The notes below the pieces were generated by a model. It was not told the origin of the DNA, searched no databases, and worked only from the letters and a program-made list of their open reading frames with translations. Source: Phycisphaerae bacterium (GTDB lineage: Bacteria; Planctomycetota; Phycisphaerae; SM23-33). From it: 32,226 nt of DNA. Of this stretch, positions 1 through 9,192 are shown piece after piece; positions within the stretch are counted from its first letter, which is position 1; every line of letters starts with the position of its first letter. Made by a program: the position numbers and the translations under genes. Where the stretch lies: NCBI GenBank assembly GCA_049510055.1, contig JBEKZI010000017.1:1-32226 (forward strand). The letters are read 5' to 3'.

Positions 1-146
1 TTGTTGGTGACGTAGCGGTCGTCGTCCCAGATGAAGCCGTTGTGGAGGTCCGGCAGGTAGGCCAGGACGGTGGCGGCCAGGATGAGGGCGGCCCCCAGCA
101 GGCCCGTCAGCGGGAAGGTATGCTTGGTTGTCAACTCTTGTGCCAT
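1..146 (-). CDS. N-terminal fragment of an integral membrane protein; the gene continues beyond the left edge. It resembles N-termini of TPR/PMT-type glycosyltransferase-like membrane proteins.
   Basis: Reverse-strand ATG at 146-144 gives MAQELTTKHTFPLTGLLGAALILAATVLAYLPDLHNGFIWDDDRYVTNN. It has a hydrophobic helix followed by a GFxWDD-type motif. It is absent from the ORF track because the window edge truncates it. Confidence 0.45.
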   Translation of the reverse strand, partial: MAQELTTKHTFPLTGLLGAALILAATVLAYLPDLHNGFIWDDDRYVTN

Positions 147-210
147 AGGGGCGATCCGCGGCATTCCAAGCCTAGACCTCCTTTGTAGCATCGCCGGCCG
201 GCCAAATAAA

Positions 211-239
211 GCAGGCTTGCGCCTTCGCGCAAGCCTGCT
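211..239 (-). terminator. Intrinsic terminator hairpin downstream of the argC-argJ operon
   Basis: Perfect inverted repeat GCAGGCTTGCGC / GCGCAAGCCTGC with a 5-nt loop. On the minus strand it is followed by TTTATTT, and T/A-rich tracts lie on both sides. Confidence 0.6.
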
Positions 240-273
240 TTATGCCACGTGCCTTCCGGCTCGTATGCGGAGA

Positions 274-348
274 TCAGCACATCGCTGCAAAGCTGAGGAC
301 GATCAGCAGCACGACCCGCAGCTTTCGCTCGAACAAATGCCTGAACAT
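274..348 (-). CDS. Possible 24-aa hydrophobic micro-protein (MFRHLFERKLRVVLLIVLSFAAMC)
   Basis: ATG at 348-346 is preceded by GGAGGT 7 nt upstream and TGA lies at 276-274. The ORF sits between argJ and the terminator hairpin. It is too short for any homology argument. Confidence 0.3.
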   Translation of the reverse strand: MFRHLFERKLRVVLLIVLSFAAMC

Positions 349-509
349 CGCGATTACCTCCAAAGGCAATCTAGTGAAACCCGGTCAAACCATTTTATCG
401 CGCCGCCGCTGTTCGTAAAGAGGGAAAGTGGCTTTGGCGCGGGGTTTTCTCGGCAATGCCCTGAAAGTTAATCCGGGCAAGCTTTGCCGCCTGTAACGTT
501 TGCCGTCGG

Positions 510-1709
510 TTACGTGTGGTAGTCGGCGTTGATATGGATGTACTGGGCGGACAGGTCGCAAGTCCAGGTGGTGTAGCGGCCCTTGCCTAGATGGAGGTCG
601 CAGTCCACCGCGACGGTCTTGCCCATCAGTTTTCGTCGTAGTGCCGCGACGTTGCAGGGGGTCGGCACGCCGCGGCGGAAGACCACGATGCCGCCGATGC
701 GGATGGCCAATCGGGCGGGGTCCACCTTGGCGGCCGACTTGCCCAGCGCGGTGGCGATGCGGCCCCAGTTGGGGTCGCCGCCGTGCACGGCGCACTTGAA
801 CAGCGGCGAGTTGGCGACCGCCTTGGCGGCGATCTCCGCCTCCCCGGCCGACCGCGCACCGGCGACCGTGACGGCGATGAGCTTGGTGGCGCCTTCGCCG
901 TCGGCGGCGACGGCGCGGGCCAGCCGGCCGCAGACATCCGACAGGGCGGTCAGGAACTTGCGGTAGCCGGCCGAGCCGGCCGCCACCGGCCGATTGCCTG
1001 CCTGTCCGCTGGCCAGAAGGAACAGCGTGTCGGAGGTGGAGGTGTCGCTGTCCACCGTGACGGCGTTGAAGCTGCCCTCGGCGGCCGCCACGAGTGCCTT
1101 GTGCAGCGCCGCCGGCGCGATGGCCAGGTCGGTCGTCAGCACGGCGATCATCGTTGCCAGCGAGGGGGCGATCATGCCCGAGCCCTTGACCATGCCGGCC
1201 ACGGTGACGGTCTTGCCGCCGATGACGGTTCGGGCGACGGCGTATTTTTCGTGCAGGTCGGTGGTCATGATGGCCTGGAGTGCGGCGGAGTCGTGGCCGC
1301 GGCCAAGGCTGCCCACCGCGGCGGTGATGCCCGCGTGGATCTTGGCCATCGGCAGGCGGTGGCCGATGACGCCCGTGGAGGCCACCAGCACCTTGTTCGC
1401 CGTCGTGCCCAAGAGGCGCGCCGCCTGATGAGCCATCGTGGCGGCGTCGCGGTAGCCGGCCCGGCCCGTGCAGGCGTTGGCGCAGCCGGCGTTGATGACG
1501 ACGGCGCGGCAGCGGCCGAAACCGCCGGGCAGCACGCGGCGGCAGTAGCGCACCGGCTCGCCGAACACTTGGTTTCGCGTGGTCAGGATCGCCGCGGCCG
1601 CGTCGCGTGTGCAGGCGACGACGGCCAGGTCCTTTCGGCCGCTCTGTTTGATCCCGCAAGCCACCCCTGCGGAGCGGAAGCCTTTTGGCTTTGTGATATG
1701 TTGAGTCAT
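510..1709 (-). CDS. argJ: Bifunctional glutamate N-acetyltransferase / amino-acid acetyltransferase (ornithine acetyltransferase)
   Basis: 399 aa starting MTQHITKPKGFRSAGVACGIK. It contains the ArgJ self-cleavage region GMIAPSLATMIAVLTTD and the C-terminal GGDPNWGRI motif. The 604-aa track ORF is an upstream read-through into argC; the internal ATG at 1709 fits ArgJ length. Confidence 0.95.
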   Translation of the reverse strand: MTQHITKPKGFRSAGVACGIKQSGRKDLAVVACTRDAAAAILTTRNQVFGEPVRYCRRVLPGGFGRCRAVVINAGCANACTGRAGYRDAATMAHQAARLLGTTANKVLVASTGVIGHRLPMAKIHAGITAAVGSLGRGHDSAALQAIMTTDLHEKYAVARTVIGGKTVTVAGMVKGSGMIAPSLATMIAVLTTDLAIAPAALHKALVAAAEGSFNAVTVDSDTSTSDTLFLLASGQAGNRPVAAGSAGYRKFLTALSDVCGRLARAVAADGEGATKLIAVTVAGARSAGEAEIAAKAVANSPLFKCAVHGGDPNWGRIATALGKSAAKVDPARLAIRIGGIVVFRRGVPTPCNVAALRRKLMGKTVAVDCDLHLGKGRYTTWTCDLSAQYIHINADYHT

Positions 1710-1765
1710 CTGTTGACTTTCGTTTTTGCTGATAGATTTTTCTTCACGGTATTCCGGTCCTCCGG

Positions 1766-2797
1766 TCAATAAAGTCCTGCCGTTTCCGCCAGGCCGAACA
1801 TGAGGTTCATGTTCTGGATGGCCTGGCCGGAGGCGCCCTTGACGAGGTTGTCCAGGGCGCTGAACAGGATCACCTTGCCCTTGGCGACGGCGGCGGAGAC
1901 GTCGCAGAAGTTGGTGTGCACGACGTATTTGGTGGCCGGCAGCACGTCGGTTCGCACGCGGACGAACGGGGCGTCGACGTAGGCCAGCTGGAGCGCGGCG
2001 ACGACGTCCTCGGCCTTGACGGACGGGTCGGCCGGGGCGGCGTAGATGCTGCACAGCATGCCGCGGTCCATCGGGCACAGGTGCGGCTGGAACAGGACGG
2101 CCGCCTTCTGGCCGGTGATCTGGGCGAGGGTCTGCTCGATTTCCGGCATGTGGCGGTGGGTGCCGACGGCGTAGGGCTCGAAGTTTTCGTTGCGCTCCGG
2201 GTAGTGGAAGCGCAGGCTCACGCCGCGCCCGGCGCCGCTGACGCCACTGATGGCGTTGACGGCGATGCCTTCCGGCTGGATCAGTCCGGCCCGCAGCACC
2301 GGCGCGATGGCCAGCACGCTGCACGTCGGATAGCAGCCGGGATTGGCCACCAGGTTGGCGGATTTAATCTGCGGGGCGAAGTATTCCGGCAGGCCGTAGA
2401 CCGCTTCGGCCAGGCCGGCCGGGTCGGTGTGCGGGCTGTACCATTTTTCGTACACCGCCGCGTCGGCGATGCGATAGTCGGCCGACCAATCGATCACCCG
2501 CAGACTCGCCTGGCGGAGCGCCGGGACGTAGCTCATGGCCACCTTGTGCGGCACGCAAAGCATGGCCAAGTCGGCGCCGGTAGCGGCGACCTTTTTGGCG
2601 TCGAACAGTTCCTGGGACAGCGTGACGTACTTGCTCAGCAGCGGGAAGAACCCCGCCATCGGGCCCAGCTCCGACGGCGGTCCGAACACGCCCACCAGTT
2701 GAGCGTGGGGGTGGCGCATGAGCCAGCGGATGGCCTCGAAGCCGGCGTAGCCGCTCCCGCCGACCAGCACGACGCGAATCTTTGAACTTTTTGGCAT
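1766..2797 (-). CDS. argC: N-acetyl-gamma-glutamyl-phosphate reductase
   Basis: 343 aa from MPKSSKIRVVLVGGSGYAGFE (Rossmann GxGxxG) with the catalytic-Cys motif NPGCYPT. GGAGAG lies upstream of the ATG at 2797. It is adjacent to argJ. Confidence 0.95.
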   Translation of the reverse strand: MPKSSKIRVVLVGGSGYAGFEAIRWLMRHPHAQLVGVFGPPSELGPMAGFFPLLSKYVTLSQELFDAKKVAATGADLAMLCVPHKVAMSYVPALRQASLRVIDWSADYRIADAAVYEKWYSPHTDPAGLAEAVYGLPEYFAPQIKSANLVANPGCYPTCSVLAIAPVLRAGLIQPEGIAVNAISGVSGAGRGVSLRFHYPERNENFEPYAVGTHRHMPEIEQTLAQITGQKAAVLFQPHLCPMDRGMLCSIYAAPADPSVKAEDVVAALQLAYVDAPFVRVRTDVLPATKYVVHTNFCDVSAAVAKGKVILFSALDNLVKGASGQAIQNMNLMFGLAETAGLY

Positions 2798-2899
2798 GTG
2801 TCTCTCCATGGGAATCTGTCGCAGCCGCAACGCCGGGCCGTGAGCTTCCCGGGACGTCCTTGCCGTGTAGTCTCTAGTTCTTGGTTTGTGGTCTCAAGT

Positions 2900-2928
2900 A
2901 AAAACCCCGGCACCGAAGGGCGCCGGGG
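2900..2928 (-). terminator. Intrinsic terminator after rpsI
   Basis: Minus strand reads CCCCGGCGCCCTTCGGTGCCGGGG followed by TTTTT, about 25 nt after the rpsI stop. Confidence 0.65.
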
Positions 2929-2954
2929 TTGGGTTTGTCGTGGGATAAGGCAGC

Positions 2955-3479
2955 TTAGCGTTTGGAGTACTGGAACCTCTTTCGGGCGCCCTTTTGGCCG
3001 TACTTTTTTCTTTCCTTCATCCTGGCGTCTCGGGTGAGCAGGCCGCGGTCGCGGAGCGCGGCTTCCGCCTCCGGGGCGGCCTTAACGATGGCGCGGGCCA
3101 GGCCGAGCAGGATCGCCCCGGCTTGGCCGCTGCGTCCGCCGCCGGCGACCTTTGCCCAGATGTCCCAGGCACCGACCATGTTCACCGCCGTCAGGGGGGC
3201 CGAGACGGCGTTGCGGTCCTTGATCTCGGTGAAGAATTTCTCCACGGCTCGATCGTTGACGAGAATTTTGCCGCTGCCGGGCCGAATCCGGACGCGGGCG
3301 ACGGCCTTTTTCCGCCGGCCCGTGCCCCAGATGTATTGCACGCCCGCCGGCAGGGGCGGGGCCGTGCGACCAGCGGCCTGCGGCGCCGGTGGTGCGGCCG
3401 GTGCCACCGCAGCGACCGGTGCCACCGGAGCGGCCGGTGCGGCGGTCGGAGTCTCAGCGTTTGTCTGTTCGTCAGCCAT
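2955..3479 (-). CDS. rpsI: 30S ribosomal protein S9 with an Ala/Pro-rich N-terminal extension
   Basis: The C-terminal 130 aa are canonical S9 (GTGRRKKAVARVRI ... GGGRSGQAGAILLGLARA ... RKKYGQKGARKRFQYSKR). It is preceded by about 45 aa of A/P/V-rich sequence. Confidence 0.95.
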   Translation of the reverse strand: MADEQTNAETPTAAPAAPVAPVAAVAPAAPPAPQAAGRTAPPLPAGVQYIWGTGRRKKAVARVRIRPGSGKILVNDRAVEKFFTEIKDRNAVSAPLTAVNMVGAWDIWAKVAGGGRSGQAGAILLGLARAIVKAAPEAEAALRDRGLLTRDARMKERKKYGQKGARKRFQYSKR

Positions 3480-3506
3480 GGTCGATTGTTCCTGCGTTTC
3501 TGAAGA

Positions 3507-3938
3507 CTACAATTCCAGCGCCGCCGGCTGCTGAGCCTGGTGCTGATGCTCGCCGCCTGCGTACACCTTCAGCCGGCTGAACATCACTGTCCCCAGCTTG
3601 CTCTTGGGCAACATGCGGCGGACGGCCTCGGAGACGACGCGCTCGGGATGCTTGGCGAGCATCTCCTTCAGCGGGACGGTTCTCTGCCCGCCGGGATAGC
3701 CGCTGTAGGTCTGGTATTCGCGCTTGGCGAGCTTGGTGGAGCCGGTCACCTTCACCTTGGCGGCGTTGATGACGACCACAAAGTCGCCCATGGCCACGTG
3801 GGGCGTGTACTCCACGCGGTGCTTGCCCATCAGAATCCGGGCGATCTTGACAGCCATGCGGCCCACCACCTTGTCGGTGGCGTCCACCAGGTACCATCGG
3901 GCGGCGATCTCGCCGGTCTTGGCCATGTACGTCTTCAT
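3507..3938 (-). CDS. rplM: 50S ribosomal protein L13
   Basis: MKTYMAKTGEIAARWYLVDATDKVVGRMAVKIARILMGKH... is canonical L13, in the conserved rplM-rpsI order. Confidence 0.95.
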   Translation of the reverse strand: MKTYMAKTGEIAARWYLVDATDKVVGRMAVKIARILMGKHRVEYTPHVAMGDFVVVINAAKVKVTGSTKLAKREYQTYSGYPGGQRTVPLKEMLAKHPERVVSEAVRRMLPKSKLGTVMFSRLKVYAGGEHQHQAQQPAALEL

Positions 3939-4133
3939 TGTTTCATCCCAAGGCTGTCTGGGCAGCCTAAGCTAAAGAGTCGCGTATTATGGCGTTTACC
4001 GCGGATAAGTCAACGGCATTTCGCCCGGAAACGCAGAAACCGCCGCGTCCTTGCGTGGCTCGCCGGGAGGGCTTAGGCTGGCAAGGGCCGGGATGGCTGC
4101 GAAGGCGCCGTCCGGGCGGAAGGAGGTCGCACG

Positions 4134-4583
4134 ATGGAATACCAGGTTGGGCGAATCGGCCGCGTGATCGTGGCCAGGGCGTTCGAGGGCGAGGACCTCT
4201 ACGGCCAGGTCCAGGCCATCGCCGCCAAGGAGAATCTCCGCAGCGCGGCCGTCCTGGCCGTCGGCGGCCTGCGGCGGGCCAAGGTCGTGGTCGGCCCCAA
4301 GGACCCCCACGGCCCGATTGAGCCGCAATTTCGCCAATTCGACGACGCGCGCGAGATCGTCGGCGTCGGGACGATCTTCCCCGACGAGACCGGGCCCGTG
4401 CTGCACTTCCACGCCGGCATCGGTCGCGGCGCCGAGGCCATCGTGGGCTGCCCGCGCGGCGGGGCGAGCGTCTTCTGCGTGCTTGAGCTGATCCTCATCG
4501 AGATCGAGGGCATCGACGCGCGGCGGCTGCTGGACGAGCAATTGGGCCTCAAGCTGCTGCGTGTGGGTCCGGCGGCCCGGTAG
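4134..4583 (+). CDS. PPC (DUF296) domain protein
   Basis: 149 aa. The pattern GRVIVARAFEGEDLYGQVQAIAAKENLRSAAVLAVGGL ... VLHFHAGIG ... GCPRGGASVFCVLELILIE matches the PPC/DUF296 fold signature. GGAGG lies upstream of the ATG. Confidence 0.75.
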   Translation: MEYQVGRIGRVIVARAFEGEDLYGQVQAIAAKENLRSAAVLAVGGLRRAKVVVGPKDPHGPIEPQFRQFDDAREIVGVGTIFPDETGPVLHFHAGIGRGAEAIVGCPRGGASVFCVLELILIEIEGIDARRLLDEQLGLKLLRVGPAAR

Positions 4584-4586
4584 GAG

Positions 4587-5687
4587 CTAGCGCCGGGGTT
4601 TTTTGCCCTTGGCTAAGGCTTTGAAGTATTTGATCCGCGTGCGGAGGGGCAGGCGCTGCGTGCATCGCTTTTCGCAAGCTCCGCAGAGGGTGCAAACTAA
4701 GGTGGCGGCGGGCGTCAGGTCCCAGTGCCATAGCAGCCGCCGCTTGACCCGCTCGTGGTCGCCGCCCAGCAGGCGGAAGTTGTAGGCGTCCATCAGCTTG
4801 GGCACCTCCACGCCGACCGGGCAGGGCAGGCAATAGCTGCAACCGGTGCACAGGTCGTTGAACACCGTCGGCATTTTCTTGCGCAGGACGGCCCTGTGGC
4901 TGGCAGGATAAGGGCGGAAGTTTTCCGCCACCGCCACGGCCTGGTCGATTTGCTTAGTGGTCTTGAAGCCCACCAGGGCCGACGTGACCGCCGGCTGGGA
5001 GAGGTTGAACCGCAAGGCCGCGTCCACGACGGAATCGTCGTCCTTGGCCCGCAGGAAGTCGAACCGCTTGGCGTGCTGGGGAATCAGGCCGCCGGCCAGC
5101 GGGTTCATCGTGACCACGCCCAGGTGCATCTTGGCGGCGGCGTCCAGGGCCTTCTGGCGGTAGGGGAAGTTCAGCGCGCAGTAGCCCAGCGTAACGCCCT
5201 CAAAGACCCCTTCGGCCAGCAGCTTGCCGAGGTCCTTGCCCGGCAGGTGCGAGGAGACGGCCAGGTGGCGGATGAGTCCTTCGTCCTTGGCCTTCATCGC
5301 GGCGGCCACGGCGCCGCCTTTCTTGCGCTGCTTCCACTGGTCGGGATTCACGATGCACCAGATGTGGAAGAAGTCGATGTAGGACGTGTTCAGCCGCTTG
5401 AGGGATTTCTCCAGGCTTTTGCGCAGCTTGGCGCCGTCGGCCTCCATGCACTTGGTGGACAGGTACACGCGTTTGCGATTCATCCGCCGCACGGCCGCCC
5501 CGATGATGTCCTCGCTTTTGTCCTTGCAGTAGAACGGGGCGGTGTCGAAGTAGTTGATGCCCCGCCGGTAGGCGTGCAGCACCAGCGAGGCGTTGGCATC
5601 GATGTCGCGGGGATCGGGAAAGCGCATGCCGCCGAAGCCGATGACGGAAATCTTCTCGCCCGTCTTGCCGTATTCCCTAGTGAGCAT
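4587..5687 (-). CDS. Aldo/keto reductase fused to a C-terminal Cys-rich (4Fe-4S ferredoxin-like) domain
   Basis: 366 aa. The N-terminus YGKTGEKISVIGFGGMRF ... GINYFDTAPFY is AKR-like. The C-terminus carries CTGCSYCLPCP and CTLCGACEKRC cluster motifs. Confidence 0.85.
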   Translation of the reverse strand: MLTREYGKTGEKISVIGFGGMRFPDPRDIDANASLVLHAYRRGINYFDTAPFYCKDKSEDIIGAAVRRMNRKRVYLSTKCMEADGAKLRKSLEKSLKRLNTSYIDFFHIWCIVNPDQWKQRKKGGAVAAAMKAKDEGLIRHLAVSSHLPGKDLGKLLAEGVFEGVTLGYCALNFPYRQKALDAAAKMHLGVVTMNPLAGGLIPQHAKRFDFLRAKDDDSVVDAALRFNLSQPAVTSALVGFKTTKQIDQAVAVAENFRPYPASHRAVLRKKMPTVFNDLCTGCSYCLPCPVGVEVPKLMDAYNFRLLGGDHERVKRRLLWHWDLTPAATLVCTLCGACEKRCTQRLPLRTRIKYFKALAKGKKPRR

Positions 5688-6861
5688 GCGGGGCGTCCTT
5701 CGGCGCGGGGCTGGGGGTCAGCGTCTTGTCCGCCAGGGCCTCGTGCAGCTCCTGGAGCTGCTTGCGGACGGGCAGGTTCTGGGGGCACTTGGTCTCGCAG
5801 GCGCCGCAGTCGCTACAGGCGTCGGCGGCCGCGCTGCGCTTTTTGGGGATCGGCCCTCGCTGGATGCTCCGGTAGGCCTTGCGGGCGTGGTCCCACAGGC
5901 CGTAGATCTTCGCGTGATTGTAGATTCGAAACAGGTGGGGAATGTTGATCTCTTTGGGGCAGGGCAGGCAGTACCCGCAGCCGGTGCAGTAAAGGTCCGC
6001 CAGCTTCGCCAGCCGCGCCAAGTGCTCGTCGATGGCTTTTTTGTCCTCCTCCGACAGGGGCGTGGCGTCCTCGGCCGTGGCGAGGTTTTCTTCCACCTGC
6101 TGCATCGTGCTCATGCCGCTCAGCGCCATCGAGACGTTCTGGTTGGACAGCACGAACCGTAACGCCAGCTCCGGCACGCGCTGGATGCCCGGAACGAGCT
6201 GCGCCAGCGTTTCGCTATCGGCGCCCAGCCGCCCGCCGCCCACCGGCCCCATGACCACCACGCCGATGCCCCGCTGGTGCGCGTAGGCAATGCCGTCCTC
6301 AAGCGAGCGGTCCAGCAGGTTGTACTGGAGCGTGATGGACTCGACATAGCCGGTGTCCACCACCTTCCGCAGGGCGTCGGGTGAGTCGTGGAACGAGCAG
6401 CAGATGTGCTTGATCAGCCCCTGGTCCTTGGCCTTGAGCATCCAGCGGCTCATCACCGGGGCGACGAACTCTTCGTACTTTGCCCAGCGGACGCCGTGGT
6501 GATTGTAGATGTCGATGCAGTCCACTTGCAGGCGTTCCAGGCTGTCGGTGAGGTTCTTCCACCATTCCTTCTCGTCGGTGCCGTAGTAGGGGTTCTTGGT
6601 GGAGACGATGACTTTTTCGCGCCCTCGCCCTCGCCAGCCCTTCAGGGCGTCGCCGACGGCGCGCTGGCTGTCGGCCTTGCAGTATCCCACGGCCGTGTCG
6701 ATGTAGTTCACCCCGGCCGCGAAGGCCCGGTGGATCATCGGGATCGCCAGCTCGCGGTTGACCCGCGCGGCGTCGCCCTCGCCGACCATGGGCAGGCGCA
6801 TCGCGCCGAACCCCAGTTGCGAGACGGCCAGCCCGGTCCTCCCCAAGGGACGGTGCAGCAT
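5677..6861 (-). CDS. Aldo/keto reductase fused to a C-terminal Cys-rich (4Fe-4S ferredoxin-like) domain; paralog of the downstream gene
   Basis: Start chosen at MLHRPLGRTGLAVSQLGFGAMRLP (ATG 6861, AAAGGA upstream). It carries CTGCGYCLPCP and CSDCGACETKC motifs. Its stop overlaps the next gene's start by 11 nt. Confidence 0.85.
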   Translation of the reverse strand: MLHRPLGRTGLAVSQLGFGAMRLPMVGEGDAARVNRELAIPMIHRAFAAGVNYIDTAVGYCKADSQRAVGDALKGWRGRGREKVIVSTKNPYYGTDEKEWWKNLTDSLERLQVDCIDIYNHHGVRWAKYEEFVAPVMSRWMLKAKDQGLIKHICCSFHDSPDALRKVVDTGYVESITLQYNLLDRSLEDGIAYAHQRGIGVVVMGPVGGGRLGADSETLAQLVPGIQRVPELALRFVLSNQNVSMALSGMSTMQQVEENLATAEDATPLSEEDKKAIDEHLARLAKLADLYCTGCGYCLPCPKEINIPHLFRIYNHAKIYGLWDHARKAYRSIQRGPIPKKRSAAADACSDCGACETKCPQNLPVRKQLQELHEALADKTLTPSPAPKDAPHAH

Positions 6862-7020
6862 GGGAAGTCCTTTCTTGGCGAGGGGCGCTGGTGGATGCGG
6901 CGGCGCGCCCTCGCATGAACTTCCCAGTATAACCGCCGACGGCGTCCGGACCAAGGGCGTAGACAGGCAGGTGTGCCCGCGGGCCGAGCGAAGGAGTGAA
7001 GAAAGCCCCGAAAAGCCAGG

Positions 7021-7311
7021 TCAGGACTGTGCCGGTGCTGGCGGTGGCGGCTGGCCTTTGGGCGGCTCGTTCTTGGGCGGCTCCGGCGGCTTGCGCTTGG
7101 CGAGGGATTCGACCGGCCCGGCCGGCCCGCCGCCGGCGGCGGCCAGCTTCTCGCGCTTGATGGCCTCGTACACTTCCTTGCGGTGGACCGGGATGTGCGC
7201 CGGGGCGCTGATGCCCAGGCGCACCTTCTCCCCTCGGACGTCGACGATGGTAATCTCCACGTCGTCGCCGATCATGATGGATTCGTCGCGTTGTCTGGAC
7301 AGAACAAGCAT
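7021..7311 (-). CDS. csrA: Carbon storage regulator CsrA with a Pro-rich C-terminal tail
   Basis: [51 protein letters not shown] is canonical CsrA. It is followed by about 40 aa rich in P, A, G and K. Confidence 0.9.
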   Translation of the reverse strand: MLVLSRQRDESIMIGDDVEITIVDVRGEKVRLGISAPAHIPVHRKEVYEAIKREKLAAAGGGPAGPVESLAKRKPPEPPKNEPPKGQPPPPAPAQS

Positions 7312-7491
7312 CCGGCGGCTCCTTCCTTGGAATAGCCGGTTTTTCCTGTCGCCCCCTTATGCCACAAACGCGGCGGGAGCGATAACTGATGTATATATCG
7401 TCAAATACATCGGGGGCCGTGAATAAGAAGTTTGGATGCCGATATGGCCGGAACCCTTGCCGCCGCGGGGGCTTTTGGCTACGGTGGGGGC

Positions 7492-8556
<1,065 letters not shown>

Positions 8557-8560
8557 ACGG

Positions 8561-8609
8561 CGGCACCCGGCATTAGGCAATGGGCACTAGGCATTAGGCA
8601 CCAGGCACT
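8561..8609. repeat. Seven tandem copies of a 7-nt unit (consensus RGGCAYY)
   Basis: cggcacc cggcatt aggcaat gggcact aggcatt aggcacc aggcact. It lies immediately after the mtnA stop and about 50 nt upstream of the candidate ssrA promoter. Confidence 0.6.
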
Positions 8610-8635
8610 CGTGCAGGGGTTAGTCGCAGATGGAC

Positions 8636-8666
8636 TTGGTCCTTCGGCCGGCCGATGGTGTATAAT
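8636..8666 (+). promoter_or_regulatory. Candidate sigma70-type promoter for ssrA
   Basis: Perfect TATAAT at 8661-8666 sits 48 nt upstream of the mature tmRNA 5' end. The possible -35 TTGGTC at 8636-8641 has a long 19-nt spacer. Confidence 0.35.
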
Positions 8667-8714
8667 AAGGATGACACCAGAGGTCTGCCGACCAACAGGC
8701 AGGTCAACTCTTTC

Positions 8715-9066
8715 GGGGGCGAACTGGCTTCGACCGGACGAGTTGCGGTGTCGGTGGCGTGCCCAGGTTCCAAGGAGGCCTGGTAAAACACCTTGGACTA
8801 ACTTCAGATGCCAATCCCGAATTGGCACTGGCTGCCTAATTAGGTAGCCCGTCCGGTGGGTCTTGCCCGCGAGGCCCGCCAGGACGCAAGCAGCGGGCTT
8901 ACCGGCTGGGAGTGGCCCGGTTACCCAGTCGGGACATTATGGGCGGGCTCGCCTTCGCCGGACCGTGTCGCCGCGGGCCGGCGAGGGGAGACCAAAACAG
9001 CGACTACGCACGTAGAGGCCGGCACTGAAACGTCACGGGACCCGGGTTCGATTCCCGGCGCCTCCA
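8715..9066 (+). ncRNA. ssrA: Transfer-messenger RNA (one-piece tmRNA)
   Basis: The 5' end GGGGGCGAACTGGCTTCGACCGGAC resembles the canonical tmRNA 5' end. The 3' end is GGGACCCGGGTTCGATTCCCGGCGCCTCCA (T-arm). The acceptor stem GGGGGCG/CGCCTCC has G3:U, and CCA is not encoded. An internal tag frame GAT GCC AAT CCC GAA TTG GCA CTG GCT GCC TAA (8807-8839) encodes ...(D)ANPELALAA*. Track ORFs 8611-8847 and 8856-9125 overlap it and are not genes. Confidence 0.9.
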
Positions 9067-9146
9067 TCCTGCTTCGCTCCGGCCTGAGGGGCCGGAGCTT
9101 CGCAGGACTTTGTCCTGCGAAGTAAGCGAAGCGAACTAAAAGCAGG

Positions 9147-9192
9147 TTGCCCTGCGTAGTCTCGGCGCGCCGGGACGAAGCAGGGCATTTTT
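9147..9192 (+). terminator. Terminator-like hairpin with T-tract downstream of ssrA
   Basis: TTGCCCTGC ... GCAGGGCA is followed by TTTTT. Two further hairpins precede it: CTCCGGCC-tgag-GGCCGGAG at 9077-9096 and CTTCGCAGGAC-ttt-GTCCTGCGAAG at 9098-9122. Confidence 0.5.

Noticed and set aside
385-1659. 424-aa Arg/Pro/Gly-rich ORF on the minus strand, and similar ORFs 783-1772(+), 1916-2785(+), 4755-5948(+), 7357-8049(-), 9204-11420(-), 14221-15336(+), 17394-18929(-), 23078-25162(-), 25551-27470(-), 28621-29412(-) and 31548-32150(+)
   Set aside because: These are out-of-frame or antisense shadow ORFs, typical of high-GC DNA. They give low-complexity R/G/P/A-rich translations and fully overlap genes with clear family motifs.
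8619-8631. 13-nt exact match GTTAGTCGCAGAT shared with 25242-25254
   Set aside because: A 13-mer match is expected by chance several times in a 32-kb GC-biased window when both strands are considered. There is no flanking similarity.
8611-9125. Track ORFs 8611-8847(+), 8856-9125(+) and 8310-8828(-)
   Set aside because: They overlap the tmRNA gene and its promoter. The apparent inverted 'GGCATTAGGCA / TGCCTAATTAGG' similarity is explained by the heptamer repeat and the tmRNA tag region.
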